From assembly GCA_045644805.1 (NCBI GenBank), contig JAZRHO010000079.1:19864-83863 (forward strand): a stretch of DNA of 64,000 nucleotides. The letters run 5' to 3'. This DNA is from Eubacteriales bacterium (GTDB lineage: Bacteria; Bacillota; Clostridia; Oscillospirales; CAG-272). The stretch's first letter is position 1, and each line of letters begins with the position of its first letter. The notes beneath the pieces were generated by a model, which saw only the letters and a list, made by a program, of their open reading frames with translations, did not search any database and had not been told where the DNA came from. The position numbers and the translations under genes are program-made. Shown here one piece after another: positions 17,973-29,627 of this stretch.

Positions 17973-20900
17973 ATGGTATATAGAATTTACGTAGAAAAAA
18001 AGCCCGAGCTTGCAAATGAAGCCAAATCACTTCTTTCCGAGTTTCGTACTCTTATCGGTATCACATCTCTCGAAGAGGTACGCGTATTTAACCGTTATGA
18101 TGCCGATAACATAACAAAGAAGCTTTTTGACGAAGCGGTAAGCACCGTTTTTTCCGAGCCTCAGCTCGATATTGCAACGGAAAACATAAATACCGAGGGC
18201 TATACAGCCTTTGCGGTTGAATACCTGCCGGGCCAGTTTGATCAAAGAGCGGATTCCGCTGCGCAGTGCATTCAGATCATGTCCTGTGGCGACCGTCCTA
18301 CCGTAAGAACAGCTACGGTTTACCTTCTCAAAGGTAATCTGACGGAGAATGAGCTCGCGGAAATCAAGAAGTTCGTTATTAACCCCGTTGAAGCAAGAGA
18401 AGCATCTCTTGAGCTTCCGAAAACGCTAAATATGGCGTATGAAATACCGACGGAGGTTGCGACTCTCGAAGGATTCCTTTCTCTTGATAAAAACGGCCTT
18501 GCAGATTTCATTTCATCCTACGGCCTTGCAATGGATATTGACGATATTACGTTCTGCCAGACCTACTTTAAAGAAGAAGGCAGATGTCCCACTATCACTG
18601 AAATACGCATGATAGATACCTATTGGTCGGACCATTGCCGCCATACTACATTCTTAACAACCATAGACAGCGTAAAATTCGAGGATAAGCTTCTTGAGGA
18701 TGCCTACAATAGATACATAGAGGCAAGACGCGAGCTAGGCAGAACAAAGCCGCAAAATCTTATGGACATTGCAACTCTTGCTACAAGGTATCTTAAGGTA
18801 AAAGGAAAACTTCCGAAGCTTGACGAATCCGAGGAAATAAACGCATGTACCGTAAAAATAGAAATCGAAATCGACGGCAAGAAAGAGCCATGGCTTCTTC
18901 TGTTCAAAAACGAAACTCATAACCATCCCACAGAAATAGAGCCCTTCGGAGGAGCGGCTACTTGCATCGGCGGAGCTATAAGAGACCCGCTTTCTGGACG
19001 CTCATACGTGTATGCGGCAATGAGAGTTACTGGAGCCGCAGATCCGACACGCCCCGTATCAGAAACGATAAAAGGAAAGCTTCCTCAGAGAAAAATAGTT
19101 CAAACAGCTGCCGCAGGATATTCCTCCTACGGTAACCAGATAGGACTTGCTACCGGTATGGTAGATGAGCTTTATCATGAGGGATATGCTGCAAAGCGTA
19201 TGGAAATAGGTGCTGTTATAGCAGCTGCGCCCGAAGAAAACGTACGCCGTGAATGCCCCGATCCCGGAGATATCGTTATACTTCTCGGTGGAAGAACGGG
19301 AAGAGACGGTTGCGGAGGTGCAACAGGTTCATCGAAAAAGCACACTCTCACCTCGCTTGAAAGTTGCGGCGCAGAGGTCCAAAAGGGTAACGCTCCTGAA
19401 GAAAGAAAGCTTCAGCGTTTGTTCAGAAATGCAGAAGCGACAAGACTTATAAAACGCTGCAATGACTTCGGTGCAGGCGGTGTATCTGTTGCTGTCGGAG
19501 AGCTTGCAGACGGTCTGGATATCGACCTTAACAAAGTTCCCAAAAAATATGAAGGACTTGACGGAACAGAGCTTGCAATCAGCGAATCTCAGGAGAGAAT
19601 GGCTGTCGTTGTTGAAGCGGAAAACGTTGACAAATTCCTCTCACTTGCACTTGCCGAAAACCTTGAAGCTACGGTTATAGCAACCGTAACAGAGGAAAAG
19701 CGTCTCCGCATGAGATGGAACGGAAAGACAATAGTAGATCTTTCCCGCGAATTCCTCAACTCCAACGGAGCGGAAAAGCATATTGATATTGCACCTGAAA
19801 AAATTGAGAAGTTCGAGGCTTCTATTCCCGAGAGCTTCACAGAAGGTTTCCGCACTCTCGTATCCGACTTAAACGTTTGCTCAAAAAGAGGACTTTCCGA
19901 GCGTTTTGATTCAACAATCGGAGCAGGAACAGTTCTTATGCCCTTCGGAGGAAAGCATCAGAAAACACCTATTCAGGCAATGGTTCATAAAATATCCGTT
20001 GAGCAAAAGCATACGGATGATTGCTCGTTTATGGCTTGGGGATACAACCCTTACATAGCAGAAAAGAGCCCTTATCATGCGTCATATCTTGCCGTTGTTG
20101 AGAGCGTATCAAAGCTCATAGCTCACGGCGCATCCTTTGAAGACGTTTATCTCACGTTCCAGGAATACTTCGAAAAACCCGGCCGTGATCCGAAGCGTTG
20201 GGGTAAGCCTATGGCTGCTCTGCTCGGTGCATTCCGCGCTCAAATGGAGCTCGGTATTGCTTCCATCGGCGGTAAGGACTCTATGAGCGGATCTTTTGAA
20301 AATATAGACGTTCCGCCTACTCTCGTTTCTTTCGCTGTAACTTGCGGAAAAACATTCGACGTTATCACAAACGATATGAAATCGTCAGGTCATAAGCTCG
20401 TGCTTCTGACTCCAAAATACGGTGAAGATTCCCTTCCCACGGCAGACTCGCTTATTGCTCTTTATTCAAAGGTAACGTCTCTCATGAGAGACGGCAAGGT
20501 GTACTCGGCTTACACTCCCACTTACGGCGGTATTGCCGAAGCGGTGTATAAAATGAGCATCGGTAACGGTCTCGGATTTAATTTTGACACGGGTCTTACC
20601 CTTGACGAAATATTCGGCTACTCTTACGGCTCATTCCTTCTTGAGGTAGACTCCGCGACTGAAGGTAAGCTCATCGGTACAGTTACAAATAACGGTGAAA
20701 TATCATACGGAGATGAAACTCTTTGCATGTGCTGTCTTTCTTCTTCCTATGAAAAGCGCCTTGAAAGCGTATTCCCTGTCAAAGAGGAAAAGAATAACAA
20801 GACTTACGAAAAGTTCTCTTACAGTGCCACCGAACGTCATGCTCCTTCTGTGCTTGTCGCAAGACCTAAAGTGCTAATTCCCGTATTCCCGGGCACTAAC

Positions 20901-21662
20901 TGCGAATTTGACACGGCTAAGGTTATGCGCGATGCAGGAGCTGAGACTGAGATATTCGTAATAAACAATCTCACAAAGGACGGAATTATCAAGAGCACCG
21001 AGGATTTCGCAAGAAAGCTTAAGGAATCTCAGATGGTATTCGTTCCCGGAGGCTTCTCCGGTGGAGACGAGCCCGACGGCTCAGGAAAGTTCATTATGGC
21101 ATTCTTCAGAAACGAAGCTGTAAAGAACGAGGTTCATTCGCTTCTTAATGACCGTGACGGTCTTATGTGCGGTATCTGTAACGGTTTCCAGGCACTCGTC
21201 AAGCTCGGTCTTGTTCCCTATGGAAGAATTATAGATGCGGACGAGAATGCTCCTACCCTTACATTTAATAATATAGCGCGTCACCAGTCAAAGCTTGTAA
21301 GAACGCGTATAGCATCAAACAAATCTCCATGGCTTTCGGCAACAAACGTCGGTGATATATACACAGTTCCGATTTCTCACGGTGAAGGTAAATTCCTTTG
21401 CACCGAAGAGCAGGCTCTGGAGCTCGCAAAATGCGGTCAAGTAGCTACACAATACGTAGATCTCGACGGCAATCCTACCTCTGATATAAGATATAATCCA
21501 AACGGCTCAACTTACGCTATCGAGGGTATTACTTCTCCTGACGGCAGAGTTCTTGGTAAAATGGGACATAGCGAACGTATAGGCTCCGGTCTTTACAAAA
21601 ACGTTGTCGGCGAGTTCGATATGAAGATGTTTGAATCAGCTGTCAAGTATTTCAAAAAGTAA
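17973..21662 (+). CDS. purL: phosphoribosylformylglycinamidine synthase, single-chain large type (synthetase plus glutaminase)
   Basis: 1229 aa. ETHNHPT and duplicated AIRS-type domains. The C-terminal class I amidotransferase carries GICNGFQ and HGEG. Confidence 0.93.
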   Translation: MVYRIYVEKKPELANEAKSLLSEFRTLIGITSLEEVRVFNRYDADNITKKLFDEAVSTVFSEPQLDIATENINTEGYTAFAVEYLPGQFDQRADSAAQCIQIMSCGDRPTVRTATVYLLKGNLTENELAEIKKFVINPVEAREASLELPKTLNMAYEIPTEVATLEGFLSLDKNGLADFISSYGLAMDIDDITFCQTYFKEEGRCPTITEIRMIDTYWSDHCRHTTFLTTIDSVKFEDKLLEDAYNRYIEARRELGRTKPQNLMDIATLATRYLKVKGKLPKLDESEEINACTVKIEIEIDGKKEPWLLLFKNETHNHPTEIEPFGGAATCIGGAIRDPLSGRSYVYAAMRVTGAADPTRPVSETIKGKLPQRKIVQTAAAGYSSYGNQIGLATGMVDELYHEGYAAKRMEIGAVIAAAPEENVRRECPDPGDIVILLGGRTGRDGCGGATGSSKKHTLTSLESCGAEVQKGNAPEERKLQRLFRNAEATRLIKRCNDFGAGGVSVAVGELADGLDIDLNKVPKKYEGLDGTELAISESQERMAVVVEAENVDKFLSLALAENLEATVIATVTEEKRLRMRWNGKTIVDLSREFLNSNGAEKHIDIAPEKIEKFEASIPESFTEGFRTLVSDLNVCSKRGLSERFDSTIGAGTVLMPFGGKHQKTPIQAMVHKISVEQKHTDDCSFMAWGYNPYIAEKSPYHASYLAVVESVSKLIAHGASFEDVYLTFQEYFEKPGRDPKRWGKPMAALLGAFRAQMELGIASIGGKDSMSGSFENIDVPPTLVSFAVTCGKTFDVITNDMKSSGHKLVLLTPKYGEDSLPTADSLIALYSKVTSLMRDGKVYSAYTPTYGGIAEAVYKMSIGNGLGFNFDTGLTLDEIFGYSYGSFLLEVDSATEGKLIGTVTNNGEISYGDETLCMCCLSSSYEKRLESVFPVKEEKNNKTYEKFSYSATERHAPSVLVARPKVLIPVFPGTNCEFDTAKVMRDAGAETEIFVINNLTKDGIIKSTEDFARKLKESQMVFVPGGFSGGDEPDGSGKFIMAFFRNEAVKNEVHSLLNDRDGLMCGICNGFQALVKLGLVPYGRIIDADENAPTLTFNNIARHQSKLVRTRIASNKSPWLSATNVGDIYTVPISHGEGKFLCTEEQALELAKCGQVATQYVDLDGNPTSDIRYNPNGSTYAIEGITSPDGRVLGKMGHSERIGSGLYKNVVGEFDMKMFESAVKYFKK

Positions 21663-21699
21663 GATCACAGTATTCTTACATAGAAAGGAAATGTATAAA

Positions 21700-23376
21700 A
21701 TGGCTTTTTTATCCGATATTGAAATAGCTCAGAACGCAAAAATGAAGCATATTGGCGATATTGCAAAATCCATTGGCATTGACGAAAATTATCTTGAATA
21801 TTACGGAAAACACAAAGCAAAAGTAAACTATTCTTTACTTAATGAGAGCAAACGCGATAACGGCAAGCTCATTCTCGTTACCGCAATCACTCCTACTCCA
21901 GCAGGAGAAGGAAAAACAACGACAACCATTGGCCTTGCCGACGGAATGAAAAGAATAGGCAAATCGGTTGCAGTTGCGCTCCGCGAGCCCTCGCTCGGTC
22001 CCGTCTTTGGAATTAAGGGCGGAGCTGCTGGCGGAGGATATGCTCAGGTCGTTCCTATGGAGGATATAAATCTTCACTTTACGGGAGACTTCCACGCAAT
22101 AGGCGCGGCAAACAATCTCCTTGCAGCGATGCTTGACAATCATATTTATCAGGGTAACGCTCTCAATATCGACCCTCGCCGTATAACGTGGAAAAGATGC
22201 GTCGATATGAACGACCGCCAGCTGCGTTTCGTTACTGACGGACTTGGCGGAAGAGTAAACGGAACTCCTCGAGAGGACGGCTTTGACATCACTGTAGCGT
22301 CAGAGATAATGGCTTTATTCTGTCTTGCAAATTCAATTTCCGATCTTAAAGAAAGACTTTCAAGAATAGTTGTTGCGTACACTTATGATGAAAAGCCGAT
22401 AACCGCAAAAGATCTCGGAGCGACAGGAGCGATGGCTGCACTCCTTAAGGATGCGCTTAAACCAAATCTTGTTCAGACTCTTGAAGGAACTCCCGCTTTT
22501 GTTCACGGCGGTCCTTTTGCGAATATCGCACACGGGTGCAACTCTGTTATCGCAACTAAGATGGCAATGAAGCTTGCCGATTACGCGATTACCGAGGCGG
22601 GATTCGGTGCAGATCTCGGAGCTGAAAAATTCCTCGACATCAAATGCAGAATGGCAGGACTTGAACCGTCCGCGGTTGTTATAGTCGCTACGGTCCGCGC
22701 CCTCAAGATGCACGGCGGCATTGCCAAAACAGCTCTCGGAGAAGAAAATCTCGAAGCTCTTTCGGCGGGAATGCCTAATTTGCTTCGACACGTTTCAAAT
22801 ATAAAAAATGTATATAAACTTCCCTCCGTTGTTGCGGTAAACAGATTTCCTACCGATACTGATGCTGAAATCAACCTTATTATCGAAGAATGTAAGAAGC
22901 TCGGTGTAAACGTGGTGCTCTCAACAGTATGGGCAGACGGCGGCAAGGGTGGAGAGGCGCTCGCGCACGAGGTCGTTCGACTTTGCGAAGAAGAAAAGGG
23001 CGATTTTACCTATTGCTACGATACTTCCCTCTCAATTCCCGAAAAAATCGAAGCGATAGTTAAAAAGATATACGGCGGCGTGGGAATAAATATACTTCCC
23101 GCAGCTCTAAAGCAAATTGCTACGCTCGAAAAATACGGATTTGCAGATCTTCCCGTATGCATGGCAAAGACTCAGTATTCATTCTCCGATGATATGACTA
23201 AGCTCGGTGCTCCAAGCGATTTTACCGTTACAATAAAAAATGTTAAGGTAAGCGCGGGAGCCGGATTCGTTGTTGTTCTTACAGGAGATATTATGACGAT
23301 GCCTGGACTTCCCAAGGCTCCTTCAGCTCTCAATATTGACGTTGATGAAAGCGGAAAGATAACCGGGCTGTTCTGA
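21700..23376 (+). CDS. fhs: formate-tetrahydrofolate ligase
   Basis: [16 protein letters not shown]-loop and a 558-aa length. Start set at ATG 21700 (RBS GAAAGGAA); the track ORF starts at 21631 inside purL. Confidence 0.95.
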   Translation: MAFLSDIEIAQNAKMKHIGDIAKSIGIDENYLEYYGKHKAKVNYSLLNESKRDNGKLILVTAITPTPAGEGKTTTTIGLADGMKRIGKSVAVALREPSLGPVFGIKGGAAGGGYAQVVPMEDINLHFTGDFHAIGAANNLLAAMLDNHIYQGNALNIDPRRITWKRCVDMNDRQLRFVTDGLGGRVNGTPREDGFDITVASEIMALFCLANSISDLKERLSRIVVAYTYDEKPITAKDLGATGAMAALLKDALKPNLVQTLEGTPAFVHGGPFANIAHGCNSVIATKMAMKLADYAITEAGFGADLGAEKFLDIKCRMAGLEPSAVVIVATVRALKMHGGIAKTALGEENLEALSAGMPNLLRHVSNIKNVYKLPSVVAVNRFPTDTDAEINLIIEECKKLGVNVVLSTVWADGGKGGEALAHEVVRLCEEEKGDFTYCYDTSLSIPEKIEAIVKKIYGGVGINILPAALKQIATLEKYGFADLPVCMAKTQYSFSDDMTKLGAPSDFTVTIKNVKVSAGAGFVVVLTGDIMTMPGLPKAPSALNIDVDESGKITGLF

Positions 23377-23383
23377 TTACAGT

Positions 23384-23426
23384 AAAAAGCACTTATGATT
23401 CCTACCGAGTTATAAGTGCTTTTTTG
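23384..23426 (+). terminator. pur-fhs operon terminator
   Basis: AGCACTTAT (23388-23396) pairs with ATAAGTGCT (23412-23420), followed by TTTTT. Confidence 0.8.
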
Positions 23427-23500
23427 GTTACATTTGGCTTCTTTAACACTTTATACAAAACTTTTCCTTAACTTACCTGTAATTTTGTTTGTCATTATAC

Positions 23501-23529
23501 TTGACAAAATATAAATATAGTGATAAAAT
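23501..23529 (+). promoter_or_regulatory. pyr operon promoter
   Basis: TTGACA (23501-23506), a 17-nt spacer, then TAAAAT (23524-23529). Only about 23 nt of leader remain before pyrC. Confidence 0.55.
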
Positions 23530-23558
23530 ATATAAAATAATCAATTGAGGTAACGGAT

Positions 23559-24764
23559 ATGAAAAGAGCAGTAAAAAACATTATGTGCAGCGACAAAATG
23601 ACTTCTTCTGCTATGGAGCTTTTGTCCGCCTTTTCCAATTCTCTTCCCTCTTCTAAATCATATATTGCTTTACTCGGTTTTTGCGATGTGCACGTTCATT
23701 TTCGCGAGCCGGGTTTTTCTTATAAAGGAACGATAAAGGACGGCTCACGCGCAGCGGCAAGAGGCGGATATACCTCAGTATGCACTATGCCTAACTTAAA
23801 TCCCGTTCCCGATTCAAGGGAAAATATTGAAAAGCAAATCGCCATAATAGAACGAGATGCTTGCATTGACGTGTATCCTTACGCGTCAATAACCGTCGGT
23901 CAGATGGGAAATGAGCTTTCGGATATGGATGAGCTTTCTCCGCTTTCAATTGCTTTTTCCGATGACGGACGCGGAGTTCAGGACAGAGAATTGATGAAGG
24001 CTGCTATGCTAAAAGCAAAAAGCCTTGGAAAAATCATTGTTGCTCACTGCGAGGATAACTCGTTATTGAACGGTGGTTATATTCACGACGGCGTTTACGC
24101 AAAGGCAAACGGTCACAGAGGAATTTGCTCCGAGAGTGAATGGGGTCCTATAGCTCGCGATATAGAACTGCTTCGCGAAACCGGCGCAGCTTACCACGTA
24201 TGCCATATCTCCACAAAAGAAAGCGTAGAGCTTATAAGGCGCGCAAAGGCGGAAGGGCTGGACATTACGTGCGAGACCGCACCTCATTATCTTATACTCG
24301 ATGATTCATGTCTTGCGGAAGACGGAAAATTTAAGATGAATCCCCCCTTGCGCTCGACAGAAGACAAGACGGCTCTGATAGAAGGAATCCTCGACGGAAC
24401 GATTGACATGATTGCAACAGACCATGCTCCCCACTCAAAAGAGGATAAATCCAAAGGTCTTTCCGGAAGCGCATTCGGAATAGTTGGTATAGAAACGGCA
24501 TTCCCCGCAATGTATACTTACTTTGTCAAAACAGGTCTTTTAACTCTCGAAAGACTTGAGGAGCTTCTTGCGATCTCTCCGAGAAGGAGATTTGGAATTC
24601 CCATTTCCGATACGGATTTCTCAGTTTGGGATGTTGACGAAGAATTCACGGTTAATCCGAATGAATTTCTTTCTCTCGGACGTGCGACGCCTTTTGAAGG
24701 TATGAAGCTCAACGGAGTTAACTACCTTACCTGCCGCTGTGGAAAAGCGGTTTACAACAAGTAA
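23559..24764 (+). CDS. pyrC: dihydroorotase
   Basis: 401 aa. DVHVHFREPG, a carboxylated-Lys region, HVCHIST and ATDHAPH motifs. Confidence 0.92.
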   Translation: MKRAVKNIMCSDKMTSSAMELLSAFSNSLPSSKSYIALLGFCDVHVHFREPGFSYKGTIKDGSRAAARGGYTSVCTMPNLNPVPDSRENIEKQIAIIERDACIDVYPYASITVGQMGNELSDMDELSPLSIAFSDDGRGVQDRELMKAAMLKAKSLGKIIVAHCEDNSLLNGGYIHDGVYAKANGHRGICSESEWGPIARDIELLRETGAAYHVCHISTKESVELIRRAKAEGLDITCETAPHYLILDDSCLAEDGKFKMNPPLRSTEDKTALIEGILDGTIDMIATDHAPHSKEDKSKGLSGSAFGIVGIETAFPAMYTYFVKTGLLTLERLEELLAISPRRRFGIPISDTDFSVWDVDEEFTVNPNEFLSLGRATPFEGMKLNGVNYLTCRCGKAVYNK

Positions 24765-24786
24765 TTAAATTTGGAGGATATATATA

Positions 24787-27700
24787 ATGGCAAAGAGAAC
24801 AGATCTTAAAAAAATCCTTATTATCGGCTCGGGCCCTATCGTTATAGGTCAGGCTGCTGAATTCGATTATGCAGGCACGCAGGCCTGCCTCGCTCTCAAG
24901 GAAGAGGGCTATGAGGTCGTTTTGGTAAACTCTAACCCGGCGACCATAATGACCGATACTACAATTGCGGACAAGGTATATATGGAGCCTCTCACGCTGG
25001 AGTATATCGCAAAAATACTTCGTTATGAGCGTCCCGACGCTATCGTTCCAGGTATCGGTGGTCAGACAGGCCTTAACCTTGCAATGCAGCTTGAGAAGAA
25101 AGGCGTTCTTAAAGAGTGCCACGTAGAGCTTCTCGGAACCAGCAGCGAAAGCATCGAAAGAGCTGAGGACAGAGAGCTTTTCAAGGAGCTTTGCCAGTCC
25201 ATCAATGAGCCCACTATTCCCTCGGAGATAACATACAATCTCGAAGAGGCAAAGGCTGCCGCGAAGAAAATAGGTTATCCCGTAGTTCTCCGCCCTGCTT
25301 TCACTCTCGGAGGTACAGGCGGCGGTTTTGCAAACAACGAAGAAGAGCTTGTCGAGATAGGCATGAATGGATTTGCATTGTCCCCCGTGCACCAGGTCCT
25401 TATCGAAAAGAGTGTCAGAGGCTATAAAGAGATTGAATTTGAAGTAATGCGCGATTCCGCTGATACAGCGATAACCATTTGCGGAATGGAAAATATAGAT
25501 CCCGTAGGTGTTCATACAGGCGACTCAGCAGTTGTTGCCCCTATACTCTCGCTTAACGACAAAGACCTTAAAATGCTTAACGACTCTGCTATAAAGATTA
25601 TAAGAGAGCTCAAGATAGAAGGCGGATGCAACGTTCAGTTTGCTCTCAATCCTTATACAAGCGAGTATTATCTCATAGAGGTAAACCCCAGAGTTTCACG
25701 TTCTTCCGCTTTGGCATCAAAAGCGAGCGGATTCCCAATAGCAAGAGTTACGGCTAAGATAGCAGTAGGTATGACTCTTGATGAAATTCAGGTTGCGGGT
25801 ACTACCGCAGACCATGAGCCGAGACTTGACTATATTGTAGCTAAATTCCCAAGATTCCCCTTCGATAAATTCACCTCGGCATCTAACGTTCTCGGTACTC
25901 AGATGAAGGCCACAGGCGAAGTCATGGGTATTGGTTCGACTCTTTGCGAGTGCGTTCTTAAATCCGTTCGCTCTCTCGAAATAGGCGCAAATCATCTCTA
26001 TCTTTCTAAGTTTGACGCAATGTCAACAGACGAAATATTAGAATATATCAAAGAATTCAAATCAGATACGCTCTTTGCCGTAACCGAGCTTATCCGCCGC
26101 GGAAAGTCAATAGATGAGCTTCACCGGGCGACGATGATAACGCCTCTGTTCCTTGAATGCTTCAAGACTATTGTCGATATGGAGAACATTCTTAAGGAAA
26201 AGAAGAGCGCAAAGGCTCTCCGCGCCGCAAAAGAGCTCGGCTTCTCCGACGTTTATATAGCAAAACTTTGGGGTGTATCCGAGCTTGACGTATGGGATGA
26301 ACGCCACAAAAACGGTATTAAGCCTGTATTCAGAATGGTTGACACGCTTCACAGCGGCGCATACATTCCTTACTTCTATTCATCTTACATGGGTAAAAAC
26401 GACTCTATCCTTACAAGTAAGAAGAAAGCGGTAGTTCTCGGTGCAGGTCCTATTCGTATCGGACAGGGCGTTGAATTCGACTATTCTACCGTTCATGCGG
26501 TAACTACCATAAAAAAATCCGGCTATGAATCCATTATAGTAAACAACAACCCCGAAACCGTTTCTACCGACTATACAACTGCGGACAAGCTTTATTTCGA
26601 GCCTCTTACTCCGGAAGACGTTATGAGTATTCTCGAGTTCGAGAATCCCGAAGGAGTTATAGCTTCTCTCGGTGGTCAGACCGCTATCAACCTCGCCGAG
26701 CCTCTTATGAAGAGGGGTGTAAAGATAATCGGAACAGATTGTGAAGCTATCGATAAGGCAGAAAACAGAGATCGCTTTGAAAAGCTTTTGAAGGAGCTTG
26801 AAATTCCTCAGCCTGAGGGAAGAGCCGTAACGAATATAGAAGACGGTGTTGCCGCTGCAACAAGAATAGGCTACCCCGTTCTCGTTCGTCCCAGCTTCGT
26901 TCTCGGCGGACGCGCAATGCAGATAGTTGCAAACGAGGAGCAGCTTCGCCATTACCTTAAAACGGCGGTTGAAATTGATGAGGACAAGCCCGTACTTGTT
27001 GACAAATATATCATTGGTAAGGAAGTTGAGGTTGACGCTATCTGCGACGGTTACGACGTATTCGTTCCCGGTATTATGGAGCTCGTTGAGAGAACGGGTA
27101 TTCACTCCGGTGACTCAATAAGCGTATATCCCACCTTCAGTATATCGAATAAGGTTAAGGGCACTATACTTCAGTATGCCAAGAAGCTTGGTATCGGTAT
27201 CGGTATCAAAGGACTTTATAACATACAGTTTATAGTTGATAAAAACGACGAGGTCTTCATTATAGAAGTTAACCCGCGTTCTTCAAGAACAGTTCCCTTC
27301 CTTTCAAAGGCGACCGGATACAGTCTTGCTGATATAGCAACTGAGGTAATCCTCGGAAAAACTCTTAAGGAGCAGGGTATATTCTCTATTTACCCTGAAG
27401 AAAAGAATCGCTGGTACGTAAAGGTTCCCGTATTCTCCTTTAATAAAATACGCGGACTTGACGCTTACCTTTCACCCGAAATGAAATCAACAGGTGAAGC
27501 AATCGGATATGATGACAAGCTCAACCGCGCCCTTTACAAAGCGCTTCAAGCTTCCGGTATGCACCTACAAAACTACGGTACGGTTCTTGCTACGATTGCC
27601 GACGGAGATAAAGACGAGGCTCTTCCTCTCATCAGACGCTTCTATGATCTTGGATTTAACATTGAGGCTACCGAAGGTACGGCTAAATTCCTTAAGGAAA

Positions 27701-27957
27701 ACGGCATTCGTACTCACGTTCTTCAGAAAATCAGCACGGGAAGCAGTGAGATATGCGACTCTATCCGTCAAGGACACATTGCATACGTTATCAATACAAA
27801 CGACGCAGGCTCTACCGGTACTCTTTCCGACGGTTATATGATAAGAAAAACCGCTATCGAGAGCAATGTAACTATATTCACCTCTCTTGACACAGTCAAG
27901 GTTCTTCTTGACGTTCTTGACGAAAATACAATTCGTATCTCCACCATCGACGCTTAA
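24787..27957 (+). CDS. carB: carbamoyl-phosphate synthase large subunit
   Basis: 1056 aa. Duplicated ATP-grasp halves (IIGSGPIVIGQAAEFDYAG and VLGAGPIRIGQGVEFDY) and an MGS-like C-terminal domain. Confidence 0.96.
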   Translation: MAKRTDLKKILIIGSGPIVIGQAAEFDYAGTQACLALKEEGYEVVLVNSNPATIMTDTTIADKVYMEPLTLEYIAKILRYERPDAIVPGIGGQTGLNLAMQLEKKGVLKECHVELLGTSSESIERAEDRELFKELCQSINEPTIPSEITYNLEEAKAAAKKIGYPVVLRPAFTLGGTGGGFANNEEELVEIGMNGFALSPVHQVLIEKSVRGYKEIEFEVMRDSADTAITICGMENIDPVGVHTGDSAVVAPILSLNDKDLKMLNDSAIKIIRELKIEGGCNVQFALNPYTSEYYLIEVNPRVSRSSALASKASGFPIARVTAKIAVGMTLDEIQVAGTTADHEPRLDYIVAKFPRFPFDKFTSASNVLGTQMKATGEVMGIGSTLCECVLKSVRSLEIGANHLYLSKFDAMSTDEILEYIKEFKSDTLFAVTELIRRGKSIDELHRATMITPLFLECFKTIVDMENILKEKKSAKALRAAKELGFSDVYIAKLWGVSELDVWDERHKNGIKPVFRMVDTLHSGAYIPYFYSSYMGKNDSILTSKKKAVVLGAGPIRIGQGVEFDYSTVHAVTTIKKSGYESIIVNNNPETVSTDYTTADKLYFEPLTPEDVMSILEFENPEGVIASLGGQTAINLAEPLMKRGVKIIGTDCEAIDKAENRDRFEKLLKELEIPQPEGRAVTNIEDGVAAATRIGYPVLVRPSFVLGGRAMQIVANEEQLRHYLKTAVEIDEDKPVLVDKYIIGKEVEVDAICDGYDVFVPGIMELVERTGIHSGDSISVYPTFSISNKVKGTILQYAKKLGIGIGIKGLYNIQFIVDKNDEVFIIEVNPRSSRTVPFLSKATGYSLADIATEVILGKTLKEQGIFSIYPEEKNRWYVKVPVFSFNKIRGLDAYLSPEMKSTGEAIGYDDKLNRALYKALQASGMHLQNYGTVLATIADGDKDEALPLIRRFYDLGFNIEATEGTAKFLKENGIRTHVLQKISTGSSEICDSIRQGHIAYVINTNDAGSTGTLSDGYMIRKTAIESNVTIFTSLDTVKVLLDVLDENTIRISTIDA

Positions 27958-27973
27958 AACGGAGTTTTGACAT

Positions 27974-28708
27974 ATGAAACAGACTGTATTTGAAATAAAA
28001 GAAAATACTCCGCTTACTTCAAACGTTTACCGTATGTGTCTTTCAGGCGATACAGAGGGCATACTCGCAGGTCAATTTGTCAATATCAAGATTGACGGAC
28101 TTTTCCTCAGAAGACCGATATCCGTATGCGACTCTGAAGCCGGAGCACTTACCCTTATATATAAAGTAGTGGGAAAAGGCACGGAAGCTATGTCTGAAAT
28201 GAGCGAAGGTAAAAAGCTCGATGTTCTTACCGGTCTTGGAAACGGTTACGATAAAAATAAATCAGGAAAAATGCCTCTTCTCGTAGGCGGAGGGGTAGGC
28301 GTGCCTCCGCTTTATAAGCTCGCAAAGGAGCTTTTGTTAGAGGGTAAAAAGGTAACTGTTGTTTTAGGCTTCAATACAAAAAGCGAAATATTCTACGAAG
28401 AAGAGTTCCGCGCTATCGGTGCAGAAGTTCTCGTAACTACGGTTGACGGAACGGCAGGCATAAAAGGATTCGTTACCGACGCTATGGCAAACGTTGATTA
28501 CACTTACTTTTATGCTTGCGGTCCTGAGCCTATGCTCAAGGCTCTATATCGCGCATCAAAAACGAGTGGTGAGATGAGCTTTGAAGAGCGTATGGGATGC
28601 GGATTCGGAGCGTGCATGGGTTGCTCGTGCAAAACAGTATCGGGCAACAAGCGCATATGCAAGGAAGGTCCGGTGCTTGCAAAGGAGGACATCATATGGG
28701 AAACTTAA
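27974..28708 (+). CDS. pyrK: dihydroorotate dehydrogenase electron-transfer subunit
   Basis: 244 aa. FAD/NAD-binding fold with a C-terminal 2Fe-2S motif CGFGACMGCSC. Confidence 0.9.
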   Translation: MKQTVFEIKENTPLTSNVYRMCLSGDTEGILAGQFVNIKIDGLFLRRPISVCDSEAGALTLIYKVVGKGTEAMSEMSEGKKLDVLTGLGNGYDKNKSGKMPLLVGGGVGVPPLYKLAKELLLEGKKVTVVLGFNTKSEIFYEEEFRAIGAEVLVTTVDGTAGIKGFVTDAMANVDYTYFYACGPEPMLKALYRASKTSGEMSFEERMGCGFGACMGCSCKTVSGNKRICKEGPVLAKEDIIWET

Positions 28709-29607
28709 AAGTAAATCTTGCAGGTATTGAAATTGACAATCCTATCATTCCCGCCAGCGGTACTTTTGGTTACGGTTACGAGTTTGCGGAGCTTTACGAC
28801 ATAAATATTCTCGGTACGTTCTCCTTTAAGGGAACGACAAAAGATCCGAGATTCGGAAATCCCACACCTAGAATTGCCGAATGTAATGACGGTATGATAA
28901 ATGCAGTAGGGCTTCAGAACCCCGGTGTTGAGAAGGTAATATCGGAAGAGCTTCCGAAGTTATCTCGGTGCTTTAATAAAAAGGTAATGGCAAACGTAAG
29001 CGGTTTCTCCGTGGAGGAATATGCTTACACATGCAAAAAGCTTGATAAATGCCCGGAAATAGGCTGGTTTGAGGTAAATATAAGCTGCCCAAACGTTCAC
29101 GGCGGCGGAATGAGCTTCGGAACATCGCCGGAGTCGGCAGCAGAGGTAACTCGCGCGGTGAAGGCTGTTACGACAAAGCCCGTCTTCATAAAATTATCTC
29201 CTAACGTTACGGATATTGTATCAATAGCTAAAGCATGCGAAAATGCAGGTGCTGACGGTATCAGCCTTATAAATACTCTTCTCGGTATGAGAATAAATCT
29301 TCGCAACGGAAAGCCTGTAATTGCAAACAAAATGGGCGGTTTTTCCGGCCCTGCTATATTTCCCGTTGCCGTAAGAATGGTATATCAGGTAGCTCACGCT
29401 GTGAATATACCCGTCATCGGAATGGGCGGTGTTTCATGCGCGGAAGACGTCATTGAGCTGATGATGGCAGGCGCTTCGGCCGTTGAGGTAGGAGCTGCAA
29501 ACCTTACCGACCCTTACGTTTGTAAAAAAATCATTGAAGATTTACCGGGCGTTATGAAAAAATACGGCATTGAAAATCTATCCGATATAATTGGTAAGAC
29601 AGAATAG
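28696..29607 (+). CDS. pyrD: dihydroorotate dehydrogenase, class 1B catalytic subunit
   Basis: NPIIPASGTFGYG, NISCPN and IIGMGGV motifs. Start set at ATG 28696 (RBS AAAGGAGG), overlapping the pyrK stop. Confidence 0.93.
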   Translation: MGNLKVNLAGIEIDNPIIPASGTFGYGYEFAELYDINILGTFSFKGTTKDPRFGNPTPRIAECNDGMINAVGLQNPGVEKVISEELPKLSRCFNKKVMANVSGFSVEEYAYTCKKLDKCPEIGWFEVNISCPNVHGGGMSFGTSPESAAEVTRAVKAVTTKPVFIKLSPNVTDIVSIAKACENAGADGISLINTLLGMRINLRNGKPVIANKMGGFSGPAIFPVAVRMVYQVAHAVNIPVIGMGGVSCAEDVIELMMAGASAVEVGAANLTDPYVCKKIIEDLPGVMKKYGIENLSDIIGKTE

Positions 29608-29627
29608 TATAAAGAGAGGATATAAAA

